A DNA stretch of 64,000 bases, taken from an uncultured delta proteobacterium (GTDB taxonomy: Bacteria; Desulfobacterota; Binatia; UBA9968). Below the pieces are notes generated by a model, which saw nothing but the letters and a program-made list of their open reading frames with translations, was not told the DNA's origin and searched no databases. The stretch lies in the NCBI GenBank assembly GCA_963804165.1, contig CAWDPO010000034.1, positions 32,001-96,000 of the forward strand. Reading direction: 5' to 3'. This document shows positions 8,852 through 18,953 of the stretch, one piece after another (within the stretch, counting starts at the first letter, position 1; each line of letters starts with the position of its first letter). A program made the position numbers and the translations under genes.

Positions 8852-9160
8852 ATGCCGGAAAACTCAATAAGAATAGTTGCTAGAGTAATTGCCAACCCGG
8901 ATAGCGTGGGCCAAGTCCGCACCATCCTCAGTGGTCTGGTTGAACCAACCCGCAAAGAGGCGGGCTGTATCAGCTATGAGCTGCTGCAGAATCGAACTGA
9001 GCAAACCGATTTTACCTTTGTCGAGGAATGGGAAAGTGATGCAGCAATAGATGCCCACTTGTCGACAAAACACATACAGGATGCACTGGCAAAGCTTGCG
9101 GGGTTGGTTTCAGTTGAGCCGGATATAAGGAGATATAGTGTGGTGAAGAAGGAGAATTAG
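8852..9160 (+). CDS. Antibiotic biosynthesis monooxygenase (putative quinol monooxygenase) family protein
   Basis: TRKEAGCISYEL, FVEEWES, DAHL motifs. Confidence 0.9.
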   Translation: MPENSIRIVARVIANPDSVGQVRTILSGLVEPTRKEAGCISYELLQNRTEQTDFTFVEEWESDAAIDAHLSTKHIQDALAKLAGLVSVEPDIRRYSVVKKEN

Positions 9161-9211
9161 GGGACGGGCAGGACCGCATTCGAATAGTTCGGAAAATCGT
9201 TGTGGACCTAG

Positions 9212-9415
9212 ATGGGGAGACAATTAATGAAGAGCGCGCTGTCAGTTCTCCGGATGGCTGTAAGGTTGAAGCTTAGCGGGATGAGTTTAGGGCTGACCGT
9301 TGTTTTGCTGACTACTGCGCTGGCTGGATGTTCCTCGGTGATCAGCAACAGCGAAGGTTTCTATAAGGACATTCCTCGCCGCCCGATAAATTGGCGGGAG
9401 TATATGACAGATTGA
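9212..9415 (+). CDS. Small putative lipoprotein
   Basis: Hydrophobic stretch ending in LAGC; start uncertain. Confidence 0.4.
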   Translation: MGRQLMKSALSVLRMAVRLKLSGMSLGLTVVLLTTALAGCSSVISNSEGFYKDIPRRPINWREYMTD

Positions 9416-9424
9416 GCACGCGGC

Positions 9425-9781
9425 TCACGCCGCGCGGCGGTTCGGTCTCTTGGTGTACTTCTTGGGACCGCCGTTGCGGGCCGCATCCCTCCAGCGTATG
9501 AATCCTTGGCGCATATAGCTGGGGTCTAGTTGCAGGTGCTCACAAATGCTCTCAAAGGAGAAAAACGAAGGATCATCGGCATTCAAAATCCACGCTTCGG
9601 CTTCATCGAACAATTCTTTGCCGCGCTTATCGTTTGCCAGGACGTGCTTCTGAAAGTCTTCGGTGGCGTTTTCAAGGACTGCCAGCATGAGCCTTTTCTC
9701 ACCGTCGCGGATGATCTCTTTAGATAGGTTCTCTAGAACGCCGACGTCTGTAGGTTCGATGAAAGCTAATGCTGTGTTCAT
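9425..9781 (-). CDS. Hypothetical protein
   Basis: Protein-like 118-aa ORF with upstream sigma54-like motif. Confidence 0.7.
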   Translation of the reverse strand: MNTALAFIEPTDVGVLENLSKEIIRDGEKRLMLAVLENATEDFQKHVLANDKRGKELFDEAEAWILNADDPSFFSFESICEHLQLDPSYMRQGFIRWRDAARNGGPKKYTKRPNRRAA

Positions 9782-9850
9782 ATGAGGTGTCCCCTAAATT
9801 CTCGTGATTTTGTGGCCGCAGTTTTAGCGATGCGCTGGCGGATCGGAAAC

Positions 9851-9866
9851 GCAAAGCGCAAGCCAG
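9851..9866 (-). promoter_or_regulatory. Putative sigma54 -24/-12 promoter
   Basis: CTGGCTTGCGCTTTGC, GG-N10-GC spacing, 70 nt upstream of start 9781. Confidence 0.5.
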
Positions 9867-10258
9867 CGGAGACCAGACGAAAGGACGGGAGTCTTGGGAA
9901 CTAGCACGGAAGGGTCATGTCAATTGAAGAGGGTATGGATGCCCGGTGATCAAATGGTGTTGGTCCGCCGGGGCAGAGATGCTAGCGCTGACGACATGAC
10001 TCCGGAGTCGCTAGCGGAGTTCGCCATCGAGAGCGTGTCCAAAAGTCCGGCGCGCAACGCAGCAGATATCTGGCGCACAACATCGAAGAGGGGATCGTCA
10101 CCCCGCTCGCGTATGTCTACCGCGACGCCATTTTGCGCAGGGCCGGAGCGACTAGTTGGACGGAAGCCGAGCAAATCGTTTTCCGCTCAGTATCGGAACA
10201 ATAGCAGGGAGAGAATTATTGGAAATATTCCTGGGACCTGTCTATAATCCAGACCACT

Positions 10259-10477
10259 ATGGCTAATCTGTACTACAACGAGCGGCTGATCATCGCTTTC
10301 ACATCGCTAAACCAAAGCGACAAGCAATGGAGCGCGGGGGCGGAGATCACGTGGAAAAGTGAGGGCGGCCGCTGCTCGCATAGCATTGCTGGCTTGGCTG
10401 ACCGATTCAAAACAAGCGAGGACGCGGAGAAGTTCGTCATTCATCTCGCCAAGGCGTGGATCGATGCGAATCCGTGA
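10259..10477 (+). CDS. Small hypothetical protein
   Basis: 72-aa ORF; TATAAT at 10243-10248 just upstream. Confidence 0.6.
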   Translation: MANLYYNERLIIAFTSLNQSDKQWSAGAEITWKSEGGRCSHSIAGLADRFKTSEDAEKFVIHLAKAWIDANP

Positions 10478-10500
10478 GGGTTGAGGCAAGAGGCTTGAGG
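10475..10500. repeat. 7-bp periodic tandem repeat (GAGG core)
   Basis: tgagggt tgaggca agaggct tgagg starting at a stop codon. Confidence 0.55.
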
Positions 10501-10709
10501 AATAAAGAGCAAAGATTGTCCTATCCCTATGTTAAAAATTTGTCGGCCAGACTTATTTGTCTGCCCGTGCCAGTTACCTGCATTGGAGGAATTCGCCCAA
10601 GCAGGCATAATTGGAAGCTATTGTAACGCATTCAATCCGGTTGTTGATGAAGTTGGGGAGTGGGATTTGATTTCGATATTTGCCGCATGTTCACAGAAGG
10701 TCTTTGCCC

Positions 10710-12056
10710 ATGAGCTATAACGCCTGGTTTCAGTGCATAAACGGTTGCCCCGGCCAGTACAGTCTTCTCGAGATCATTTATCGCTGCCCGACGTGTGGCG
10801 ATTTGCTCGAAGTGCGCCATGACATGGACGCTCTGAAAACCAGGGCGGCGGGGGCGTGGATTAAACTGTTCGACGACCGTGTCGGCCAGAACGTTTATCC
10901 CTACGGTTCCGGTGTATGGGCGAAAAAAGAATGGGTTCTGCCGTTTCTTGACAACGAGAACGTGGTTTCGACCTGCGAAGGCCACACCAATCTCTTTTGG
11001 GCGAATCGCTACGGCAAGCAGCTCCACGTTGAAGATCTCTGGGTCAAGCAATGCGGTAACTCGCACACCGGTTCTTTTAAAGACCTCGGCATGACCGTGT
11101 TGGTTTCTGTGGTGAATCAGATGATCGCCAACGGCGAACCGATCGACGCGGTGGCGTGCGCATCGACGGGCGATACATCCGCCGCGCTAGCCGCCTATGG
11201 CGCGGCGGCGGGAATTCCGACCGTCGTATTTTTGCCGCGCGACAAAGTTTCGCCCGCGCAATTGGTCCAACCGCTCGCCAACGGCGCGCTGGTACTATCG
11301 CTCGACACCGATTTCGACGGTTGTATGGCCGCCGTCCAGGAAGTGACCAAGCACAAGCATATTTACCTCGCCAATTCGATGAACAGTCTGCGTATCGAAG
11401 GCCAAAAGACGATCTCTATCGAGATCGTCCAGCAATTCGATTGGGAGGTGCCGGATTGGGTAATCTTGCCGGGCGGCAACCTCGGCAACGTCAGCGCCTT
11501 CGGCAAAGGCTTCTTGATGATGTACGATCTCGGCTTGATTTCGAAACTGCCGCGCATCTGCGTTGCGCAAGCCGAAAACGCCAATCCGCTTTATCTTTCT
11601 TATCTGACAAATTTCGAGCACTTCGAAGCCGTGACGGCGCGCAAGACTCTGGCGAGCGCGATTCAGATCGGCAATCCGGTGAGTATCCGCAAAGCGATTG
11701 CGACGTTGCAGCGCTTCAACGGCGTCGTCGAGCAAGCCTCGGAGTCGGAGCTGGCCGAGGAAGTCGCGCGCGCCGACCGCACCGGCATGTTCAATTGCCC
11801 GCATACCGGCGTGGCGTTGGCAGCGCTCAGAAAGCTCGTCGAGAAAAAAGTGATTCGCGGACACGAGCGAGTCGTAGTCATCTCGACGGCCAATGGCCTG
11901 AAATTCGCCGATCAAAAGATCGCCTATCATTCCGGCGCGCTCCCCGGTATCCAAGGAACGTTACCAAACCGGCCCGTTGAAGTTATCGCCGACCCCAAGC
12001 ATATCAGCGACGCGATTGCGCGTTACGTCGAGCGCGTGCGCTTGTTAGACGGCTGA
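10710..12056 (+). CDS. thrC: Threonine synthase, plant-like
   Basis: [11 protein letters not shown] lysine, [18 protein letters not shown]-terminal [14 protein letters not shown]. Confidence 0.93.
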   Translation: MSYNAWFQCINGCPGQYSLLEIIYRCPTCGDLLEVRHDMDALKTRAAGAWIKLFDDRVGQNVYPYGSGVWAKKEWVLPFLDNENVVSTCEGHTNLFWANRYGKQLHVEDLWVKQCGNSHTGSFKDLGMTVLVSVVNQMIANGEPIDAVACASTGDTSAALAAYGAAAGIPTVVFLPRDKVSPAQLVQPLANGALVLSLDTDFDGCMAAVQEVTKHKHIYLANSMNSLRIEGQKTISIEIVQQFDWEVPDWVILPGGNLGNVSAFGKGFLMMYDLGLISKLPRICVAQAENANPLYLSYLTNFEHFEAVTARKTLASAIQIGNPVSIRKAIATLQRFNGVVEQASESELAEEVARADRTGMFNCPHTGVALAALRKLVEKKVIRGHERVVVISTANGLKFADQKIAYHSGALPGIQGTLPNRPVEVIADPKHISDAIARYVERVRLLDG

Positions 12057-13312
12057 TGAGCGACCGACAGAGCAAGAGCGCCGGCGCGACATCAGAGCGC
12101 GCGGCAGATGCAGCTAAACGCTTATCCGGTCCTGACGGCAAAGCCTTTGGCTTCAGCACTCTGGCAGTGCACGGCGGCGAGCCACGCCCTAAGCTCGGCA
12201 ACTCTCTCGCCACACCGATCGTTCAAACGGCAACTTACACCTTTGCCGATACCCAGGAACTGCACGACCACTTTCAGCGCCGCATCGAGCGCGATGAGTA
12301 TGGGCGTTATGGCAATCCGACCCAGCGCATCGCGGAGCAGAAGCTCGCGGCGCTCGAAGGCGCCGAAGACTGTTTGCTCTTTTCCAGCGGCATGGCGGCG
12401 GTCACCACCGCGATGTATGCGGTACTTTCGCACAACGCCCACGTGGTCGTGACCGACGACTCGTACCGGCGCACGCGCCAGTTCTTGACGCAAACTTTGC
12501 ATCGATTTGGTATCGAAGTTTCGGTAGTGCCCGCCGGCGACTACCAGGCGATCGCGGAGGCGATCCGGCCGACGACGCGTCTGTTGGTCAGCGAGTCGCC
12601 GACCAATCCTTACAACCGCATCGTCGACATGGAGCGTTTCGCCGGCATCGGCCGGCGCCATCGGGTGAAGACTCTCATCGATGCGACTTTCGCAACACCC
12701 TACAACCAGCGTCCGCTGGAGTTCGGCATCGATCTCGTGCTCCACTCCGCGACGAAATATCTGGGCGGACACAACGATTTGCTCGCGGGCGCGGTGTTGG
12801 GCTGTGCCGAGCTCGTCGATGGGATTCGCTCCCTGCAGCATGTGACCGGCGCGATCATCGATCCGCTGGCCGCTTATCTTTTGGTGCGCGGATTAAAAAC
12901 TTTCGCGCTGCGTATCCAACGGCAGAATGCCAACGCGCAAGGGCTGGCGGAGTTTTTGGCATCCCATCCGAAAGTCACGGCAGTCCATTACGCCGGCCTG
13001 CCGAGCCATCCACAGCATGAAGTGGCGTGCCGTCAAATGCGCGGTTTCGGCGGCGTGGTGTCATTCGAAATCGCAGGCAACCTGGAGGCGACCTCGCGCG
13101 TCGTCGATGCCTGTCGCATCCCGCAGATCGCGCCCTCGCTTGGCGGGGTCGAAAGCCTGATTGAACAACCGGCGCTGATGAGCTTCTATGAGCTAACTAC
13201 CGAAGAACGCTTGATGGTCGGGATCAAAGACAATCTCATCCGCTATTCTGTCGGCATCGAAGACGCCGACGATCTCATTGCTGATCTCGCCGCGGCGCTG
13301 GAGCGGGCATAG
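12056..13312 (+). CDS. metB: Cystathionine gamma-synthase, plant-like
   Basis: YGRYGNPT, SSGMAA, ESPTNP, HSATKYLGGHND, IAPSLGGVESL; TGATG overlap with thrC. Confidence 0.85.
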   Translation: MSDRQSKSAGATSERAADAAKRLSGPDGKAFGFSTLAVHGGEPRPKLGNSLATPIVQTATYTFADTQELHDHFQRRIERDEYGRYGNPTQRIAEQKLAALEGAEDCLLFSSGMAAVTTAMYAVLSHNAHVVVTDDSYRRTRQFLTQTLHRFGIEVSVVPAGDYQAIAEAIRPTTRLLVSESPTNPYNRIVDMERFAGIGRRHRVKTLIDATFATPYNQRPLEFGIDLVLHSATKYLGGHNDLLAGAVLGCAELVDGIRSLQHVTGAIIDPLAAYLLVRGLKTFALRIQRQNANAQGLAEFLASHPKVTAVHYAGLPSHPQHEVACRQMRGFGGVVSFEIAGNLEATSRVVDACRIPQIAPSLGGVESLIEQPALMSFYELTTEERLMVGIKDNLIRYSVGIEDADDLIADLAAALERA

Positions 13313-13499
13313 TATCGCAGGTAGGCGGTTTGATTATTCTGATCAATTCTCCTTGCCCGCTTTGCGGAGAGGGTTAGGGTGATTCGTCGCGGTTCTCATC
13401 ATCTCAGTCCGCTCCGAGGAGGAGCGAACCGGTGCAGTTAGATGCGTGCTTCGGTACTTGCGATTTTCTTGATCTTTGTTGTGATCCGCCAAATTTGAT

Positions 13500-14090
13500 C
13501 TAGCCGGTGATCTCGAACGGAATATTTGTCGGACCATCGATCCGACGCACGGCGTTGTTCTCTATGCTGTAACTACCTTGCAGCACTTTGCCTGAGACGC
13601 GTTCGGAACGGAGAATTACGGCGACCGATCTCGTCGGTCCGCCTTGTTCGGCGTGAGCGTCGAAAGGGGGGACCAAATCGACGTTGCCAGGTTTCCCTTG
13701 CGTGACACTCTCCAACTCTAGCTTCGCGTAACCTTCTTTTGACCCGTCGTCGAGACGACGATAGCGCTCGAGACTTTCCGTCCCGTCGAGTAGTCCATAG
13801 GCCGTCCATGAGTGGGCGTGGTCATGGATGCTACCCTTGCGCCCGGGCACACGCACGACGCCGTTGATTGCAAAGCCATAGTCGGGGTCTTCGTAGAAAA
13901 GCAGATTCTTTCGGCCTTCGGTGGACGGCCAATTCTTCGACGCTTCACGCAACGCCGAATCTTTGACCAGTTCTTCGAGCAGCTTTTGGCCTTTCTTCAT
14001 TCGTGCTTCCATTTCCGGCAGTTCTGACCAGGTGGAGCGCAGATCTTGGATAAACCTTTCGAAGGCGGGGAGTCGGGTGGTGTCTGACAT
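13500..14090 (-). CDS. Cysteine dioxygenase-like cupin protein
   Basis: IHDHAHSW, YGLLDGTE, DAH; GGAGG SD before 14090. Confidence 0.7.
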   Translation of the reverse strand: MSDTTRLPAFERFIQDLRSTWSELPEMEARMKKGQKLLEELVKDSALREASKNWPSTEGRKNLLFYEDPDYGFAINGVVRVPGRKGSIHDHAHSWTAYGLLDGTESLERYRRLDDGSKEGYAKLELESVTQGKPGNVDLVPPFDAHAEQGGPTRSVAVILRSERVSGKVLQGSYSIENNAVRRIDGPTNIPFEITG

Positions 14091-14112
14091 CGATCCCTCC
14101 GTTAAATTTTTC

Positions 14113-15057
14113 TTATTTAAGCATCTCACGACCGATTTCTTCAAGCAATCTGAAGTCGACAACTTTGCTTAGCGAAATTTCGCCTGCGCCCTTATCCATG
14201 TTTTGCATTTGTTGCATGTGAAACTTGATCCCCGCCTCACTCGCCGTGCCGTCGCGGCTGAACGACTTGGCCAGTGACGCATAGGATTCGCGCGCCACGG
14301 CGTTATCAACTTTCCATTCGCGCTCGATGATTTGTATCGAATCGTCGGGCCGTTCTCTGGCGAAGGTGAGGCCTCGGTAGAGCGCGCGCAGCATCCGTTT
14401 GGTCAAGTCCCGCTTGTCGGTCAATTGACGGTCGGTGGTGGCGAAGCCGTTGCTCGGGAATTCCACTGCGTCGCCCAAGAACAGTAATTCGCGAAAACCT
14501 TTTTGGCGCAGCAGGACATTATCCGGCGGTACGGCGATGGTGGCGTCGATGGAGCCCGCGGCCAGGGCGGCCACTCGGGTCGCCGGCAGACCGATCATGA
14601 TTGGGATCGCGTCTTTTTGTGGATCGAGACCGTCGCGGTTGAGCGCGATGCGGGTGGCGAGCTCAACCGTGTCGCCGAAGCGAACCATGCCGATATATTT
14701 ACCGCGCAGATCTGAGACCGATTTCACCTGGGGTTTGGCCATCAAAAAATAATTGGGTCGCATGGCGCCGAAAAAGATCGCCTTGAGCGGCGCGCCCCGG
14801 GCGGCCAAGCGCAATGCCGAGTCGGCGGCGCCGTGATAATCGACCTCGCCGGACATCAGCGCGTTGTGCGCGAGCTGGGGCAACATCATCGGAATTTCGA
14901 TATCGATGGCTTCGGCTTTGAAGAAGCCGCGGTGCACGGCGATAAAAAGGGGAAGGTAGCCCATCGATTTGGCGGGCAGCGCTAACTTGACGCGGTCGGC
15001 TGCGATCGCTGCGGGGAGCGAGCCGGCGGCGAATATCAGAAGAATCAAAATGAGCAT
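14113..15057 (-). CDS. ABC substrate-binding protein, NMT1/SsuA-like
   Basis: Signal peptide, DLRGKYIG, RVAALAAGSIDAT. Confidence 0.88.
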   Translation of the reverse strand: MLILILLIFAAGSLPAAIAADRVKLALPAKSMGYLPLFIAVHRGFFKAEAIDIEIPMMLPQLAHNALMSGEVDYHGAADSALRLAARGAPLKAIFFGAMRPNYFLMAKPQVKSVSDLRGKYIGMVRFGDTVELATRIALNRDGLDPQKDAIPIMIGLPATRVAALAAGSIDATIAVPPDNVLLRQKGFRELLFLGDAVEFPSNGFATTDRQLTDKRDLTKRMLRALYRGLTFARERPDDSIQIIEREWKVDNAVARESYASLAKSFSRDGTASEAGIKFHMQQMQNMDKGAGEISLSKVVDFRLLEEIGREMLK

Positions 15058-15073
15058 CTTGACGATGCTGCCG

Positions 15074-15511
15074 TCAAGATTCAGCCCGGGCTCTGGCTTT
15101 CTTGTCGTCGGGCGCATTGATCTTGTCCAAATTGTTCTTGGCAAAATCGCCGTGGCCAACTTCTCTATCAGTCGCGCTAAATCTTGGATTACCGGCCGGT
15201 TCCGCGCGCGCGCCAAGCAGAATCATGTACTCGCTGCCGGTGTTGTCGAGCTGATAAAGTTGCCCCGCGGGTATCGTTACCAGCATGCCGGGATTGAGCT
15301 CGCGCGAGGGCGCGTCAGGAAAATGGAACGTGCATTGCCCTTGGACACAATAAAACTGTTGATCGGCGGTGTGCTTATGCATGGGGCCCTTGGTGCCCGG
15401 ATAATCGCCGTGTACCCAGGTGTGAAAGTGATCCGAGGTGAATAGAACTTTCTTGCTGTGGCCGATGTCGAGTTCCGGCTCTTTTAGAATGTCGATAAAT
15501 TCTGCCGCCAT
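15074..15511 (-). CDS. Cupin domain protein
   Basis: MHKHTADQQFYCVQG and GMLVTIPAG motifs. Confidence 0.8.
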   Translation of the reverse strand: MAAEFIDILKEPELDIGHSKKVLFTSDHFHTWVHGDYPGTKGPMHKHTADQQFYCVQGQCTFHFPDAPSRELNPGMLVTIPAGQLYQLDNTGSEYMILLGARAEPAGNPRFSATDREVGHGDFAKNNLDKINAPDDKKARARAES

Positions 15512-15571
15512 ATTTTGTCCTCCTCGTGACATTTTAGATCCCTTTCAAATTATTTGTTCGTCGTGAGAGTG

Positions 15572-16150
15572 TCAGCGTTTGCTTTGGCGATATTTCTCCC
15601 AGGCTGAAATGCCGGCTTTGACCGCGCGCACGTCGCCGTCGCCGCGGTGGCCGGCACTGCCAACCGCGCCAACGATAACATTGTCGACGATCAGCGGGAA
15701 GCCCCCGGGTATGAGAATGATCTGGCCTTCCATCAAGCTCAGCGCGCTATGAAAGCGCTGGGGGTTGGTTTTTAATTGATCGGCGGATTCAGCGGTGCTC
15801 TGTTGCAGCGTCGCTGCGCCCGTTGCTTTACCGATGGCAAACTTCACCCAAAATCCGGAGGTGCCATCCATCGAGTCGAGCGATACCAAGTTGCCGTTGA
15901 AGTCAACGACGGCGATGGCGGCGCGGCCGTTGTCAGCTTTGACGACGTCTTTGGCCGCTTCGATGATGATCCGCGCTTCTTCCAACGTTAAAGCTGTCGG
16001 TACGCGAATCAGCGGACGCGATGCGCGATCAGCGGGGGCCGGCTTGTCTTGCGCGATGGCAACGCCATCGTGGTCGCCACTGGTGGTAAGTAGTCGGACA
16101 ACGATCAATATCGCGATGACGCTTGGGAGCGCAGGTATTGGGTGTCGCAT
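15572..16150 (-). CDS. GlcG/HbpS-like heme-binding protein, exported
   Basis: AIAVVDFNG, AIGKA, PGGFPL, VGAVGSAG. Confidence 0.85.
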   Translation of the reverse strand: MRHPIPALPSVIAILIVVRLLTTSGDHDGVAIAQDKPAPADRASRPLIRVPTALTLEEARIIIEAAKDVVKADNGRAAIAVVDFNGNLVSLDSMDGTSGFWVKFAIGKATGAATLQQSTAESADQLKTNPQRFHSALSLMEGQIILIPGGFPLIVDNVIVGAVGSAGHRGDGDVRAVKAGISAWEKYRQSKR

Positions 16151-16200
16151 ACGTCTATTCCTTTCTTGACCCGGTTCGACTCGATACTACGACGATCGCC

Positions 16201-17748
16201 TTAGCGCGCTCCGCCTTGGGCCGCCGCACGCACAGCCTGGATCGGCGCGCTGTCACCGTGAATGCCGACGATGGTGGCGACATCGATGCCCAATTTGTCC
16301 AGGCCGGCGACGAACTCCTTGACCAGCGGCGCCGGACGGACTTGGCCGCCACGCGGGCTGATATGGTCCGCCTCGATGACTATCTTGTCCGTCGGCAGGT
16401 AGACCACGACAATATCCTCGGCGTGGGAGGTCGGCATTGGATGAACTTCAACCCGGCGGCTGCCGTCGGTCAAAACCCGCGCTGCGCCGCCGAACGCCTC
16501 GATCACGACGGCTCGTCTGTTTCGTTCCAGACTGTCCGGCTGTCGCGTGTGGGGGGCCTTGGCCACACGTGTATAAAAATCCTTGGCAGTAAAAGGCACA
16601 ACCATGATCGCACCCTCGGCCATGAGCGCGCGAATGCCGCCGGAGTGGTCGAGATGGTGGTGAGTCGGAATTGCGTAGCGAAGCGGTTTTCCAGGAAAAC
16701 GCTCTACGATCGATTTCACCACCGGCGCGGTGCGCGCCTCGTAGAGCGGTCCTTCGACGGCGACAAGATGATCGCGCATCTCGATCACGATGGTGGCGTG
16801 CGATCCGCCGGCCACTTTATGCACGCCGTCGGCGAGCTTGATCCATTCGATGTTCGGCGCCCGGCCGAAGTCCTGGTAGCTCACATTCCCCGCGATGCGA
16901 CGCAGGATCCATTGTGACGCGATCGCCATGGCGTCCGGTTTTTGGTTGCGAATCGACTCGGGAATTGAAAACCCGTCAGGGGCAGGCGCCGCGTTGTGGC
17001 GAATTGATTTTATCTGTTCTTCCTGGAGCGGCCGGCCGTTGATCTGATAGCGCAAGCTGAACGGCATCATGACGGCGCCCACTCTGCGCCAATCGCCGTA
17101 GCGCAACAAGTAGCTGGTGTCGCCTTCGAGAGGATCGCCGTCAAGGATGTCGGTTTGCGTCGGCAGCGAGGTTTTGGCGTCCAGGTAGATGCGGAACTCG
17201 TCGGCGCCGTCTTTGTAAGAAAGCACGCGATTCTTTATGCCGTCGACATCGAGATCCGGCAATCGCCGCAGCGACTTGTGCGCCGCCGCGGCTAAAATCA
17301 GTTTGGCGGCGGAGCGCTTTTCGTCGCGCATGCGCGTTGCGAGCCGGCCAGGATGTAGGCGGCTTTGCTTGGCCTCAGAACCGGATCCTTCTTGGAGCAG
17401 ACCGGCCGTGCCGTCTATGACCTCAACGAAGCGAATGTCTTCGTTGCGAGTCAGGTGGCGGGCTTCCCATTCGAATTTTATGCGCGGCTGCAACAAGTCG
17501 CGCGTCAAAGTGTAGCGAAAAGATGAAATTTGCCGGCCCGGCTTGAACTGCAAGGGAAGCACCGCATCGAACTGCTTGCCTTCGGCTTCGACGATCTCAC
17601 TTTTCAGAGCGCGCAAGTTGGCCATACCTCCCAGCGCCGTCGCGGCGTCATGGATCAGCGTTTGCGCCGATTGGGCGCGGGCGAAACTTTGCGGGGAAAA
17701 TGCGACCCCAAGGATGAATGCGAGAACGTAACGGTTGATCGTGCTCAT
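16201..17748 (-). CDS. Exported protein with C-terminal metallo-beta-lactamase fold
   Basis: THHHLDHSGG, SHAED, EADH, GIHG; signal peptide. Confidence 0.85.
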   Translation of the reverse strand: MSTINRYVLAFILGVAFSPQSFARAQSAQTLIHDAATALGGMANLRALKSEIVEAEGKQFDAVLPLQFKPGRQISSFRYTLTRDLLQPRIKFEWEARHLTRNEDIRFVEVIDGTAGLLQEGSGSEAKQSRLHPGRLATRMRDEKRSAAKLILAAAAHKSLRRLPDLDVDGIKNRVLSYKDGADEFRIYLDAKTSLPTQTDILDGDPLEGDTSYLLRYGDWRRVGAVMMPFSLRYQINGRPLQEEQIKSIRHNAAPAPDGFSIPESIRNQKPDAMAIASQWILRRIAGNVSYQDFGRAPNIEWIKLADGVHKVAGGSHATIVIEMRDHLVAVEGPLYEARTAPVVKSIVERFPGKPLRYAIPTHHHLDHSGGIRALMAEGAIMVVPFTAKDFYTRVAKAPHTRQPDSLERNRRAVVIEAFGGAARVLTDGSRRVEVHPMPTSHAEDIVVVYLPTDKIVIEADHISPRGGQVRPAPLVKEFVAGLDKLGIDVATIVGIHGDSAPIQAVRAAAQGGAR

Positions 17749-17839
17749 GGAAGACCTCCGTGGCGCGAAAATTTAAACTTCAGCCAGAAGGGAAATAGCC
17801 AAAAGGGCAGGGTAATGCAACTAAAAAACCGGACCAAGA

Positions 17840-18919
17840 TCAAGCGGCGCCGTAAGCGCCCGAGCGCCGTTCAAGCTCGGGAATGATTTCTTGACAGATG
17901 AGATCGATCGCTTCGTCCCAGTCGGGGCCGAGCGGCGAAGCGATATCGACAATATCGAAGCTGTGTGGTTTCGCCGCACGCAGCATTTCATCGATGCCGG
18001 CGATGCATTCGACCGGAGTGCCGGCGATGACCGTGCCGACCTCGGCGAGCAGATCATCGCTGATCAGCTCGACCATGTCGTCCACGGTTCTTCGCTGAGC
18101 ATGAGCGGCCAAGATCGCGTTGGCCGTGTTATCGGGGACGGGCAGCTTGAGCATGCGCTGCTTCAACAAATGACCCTGGATAAGCGCGCCGGCGCCCATG
18201 CGCTTGGCGCAGCGTTTTGCAGCGGCGCCGTCGCGCGAGACCGAAACGTGCAAGTGGAGCACCTTGGTAAAAAGACGTGTATCATCGCGCGCGCGGCGGG
18301 CGGCTGCGAGTTTCGCCATAGCCAGATCGAGGGCGCCTTCACGCACCAAGGCGGTCGGAAAGGAAAGATTGCTGACGATCAGTCCGTCGCCGACATCCCA
18401 CGCCAGTTCGAGCATTTTGGGACCGGCCGCGGCGACGTAAATCTCCGGTGGCTTCGACGGCGGGAGGCGAAGGAAGGCTTCGGCCTCGCTGTCCAGCCGA
18501 AAAAAGTCCGCGAGCGCAGGGAAGCCGGCAAACGTGGTGCGCCGCCCGGCGAACATTTCGCGCAGAAATAATATCATCTCGCGGGTCATGCCGACCCGGT
18601 TGCGTTTTCGAATCATATTGGACGACGGCGAACCCGCGCCGATGCCCACGGTGATGCCTCGTTCTCCCGCCAGATGCGACAGAGAGGTGAAGCTCGAAGC
18701 CAGATCGACGGGAGTGCGGCTAAACGGCTGGACTACGGATGTGCCGACGTGGGCACCGGTGCGGGCGATGATCGCCGCCAGGATGACAAAAACATTCTCG
18801 TAGGTTAGGTGATCGGGCACCCAAACTTTATCGAAGGCATATTGCGACATCGCTCTTGCGGCAAAGTCTGCCATCTGCGGCGCCATGCAGGGCGGATAAA
18901 GTTGAATGCCGAAACGCAT
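17840..18919 (-). CDS. LLM-class (luciferase-like) flavin/F420-dependent oxidoreductase
   Basis: MRFGI, VWVPDH, IYVAAAGPKMLELA, IAGTP. Confidence 0.88.
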   Translation of the reverse strand: MRFGIQLYPPCMAPQMADFAARAMSQYAFDKVWVPDHLTYENVFVILAAIIARTGAHVGTSVVQPFSRTPVDLASSFTSLSHLAGERGITVGIGAGSPSSNMIRKRNRVGMTREMILFLREMFAGRRTTFAGFPALADFFRLDSEAEAFLRLPPSKPPEIYVAAAGPKMLELAWDVGDGLIVSNLSFPTALVREGALDLAMAKLAAARRARDDTRLFTKVLHLHVSVSRDGAAAKRCAKRMGAGALIQGHLLKQRMLKLPVPDNTANAILAAHAQRRTVDDMVELISDDLLAEVGTVIAGTPVECIAGIDEMLRAAKPHSFDIVDIASPLGPDWDEAIDLICQEIIPELERRSGAYGAA

Positions 18920-18953
18920 GAGGAATTCCTCGCCTTCGGATTGATAACCTCAA

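Larger units (their letters stand above)
358..9160 (+). mobile_element. Integron gene-cassette array, no integrase in window (CALIN or distal part of a chromosomal integron)
   Basis: About 14 short co-oriented ORFs of mixed GC content; recognisable attC sites at 770-842, 3781-3874 and 4536-4596 plus several degenerate ones. Right boundary uncertain. Confidence 0.85.

Noticed and set aside
9894-10247. ORFs 9894..10247 (+) and 9950..10174 (-)
   Set aside because: No clear SD or recognisable motif; coding status cannot be supported.
13349-13382. CTCC...GGAGAGGGTTAGGGTGA REP-like motif
   Set aside because: Single degenerate copy in the window; too weak to list as a feature.
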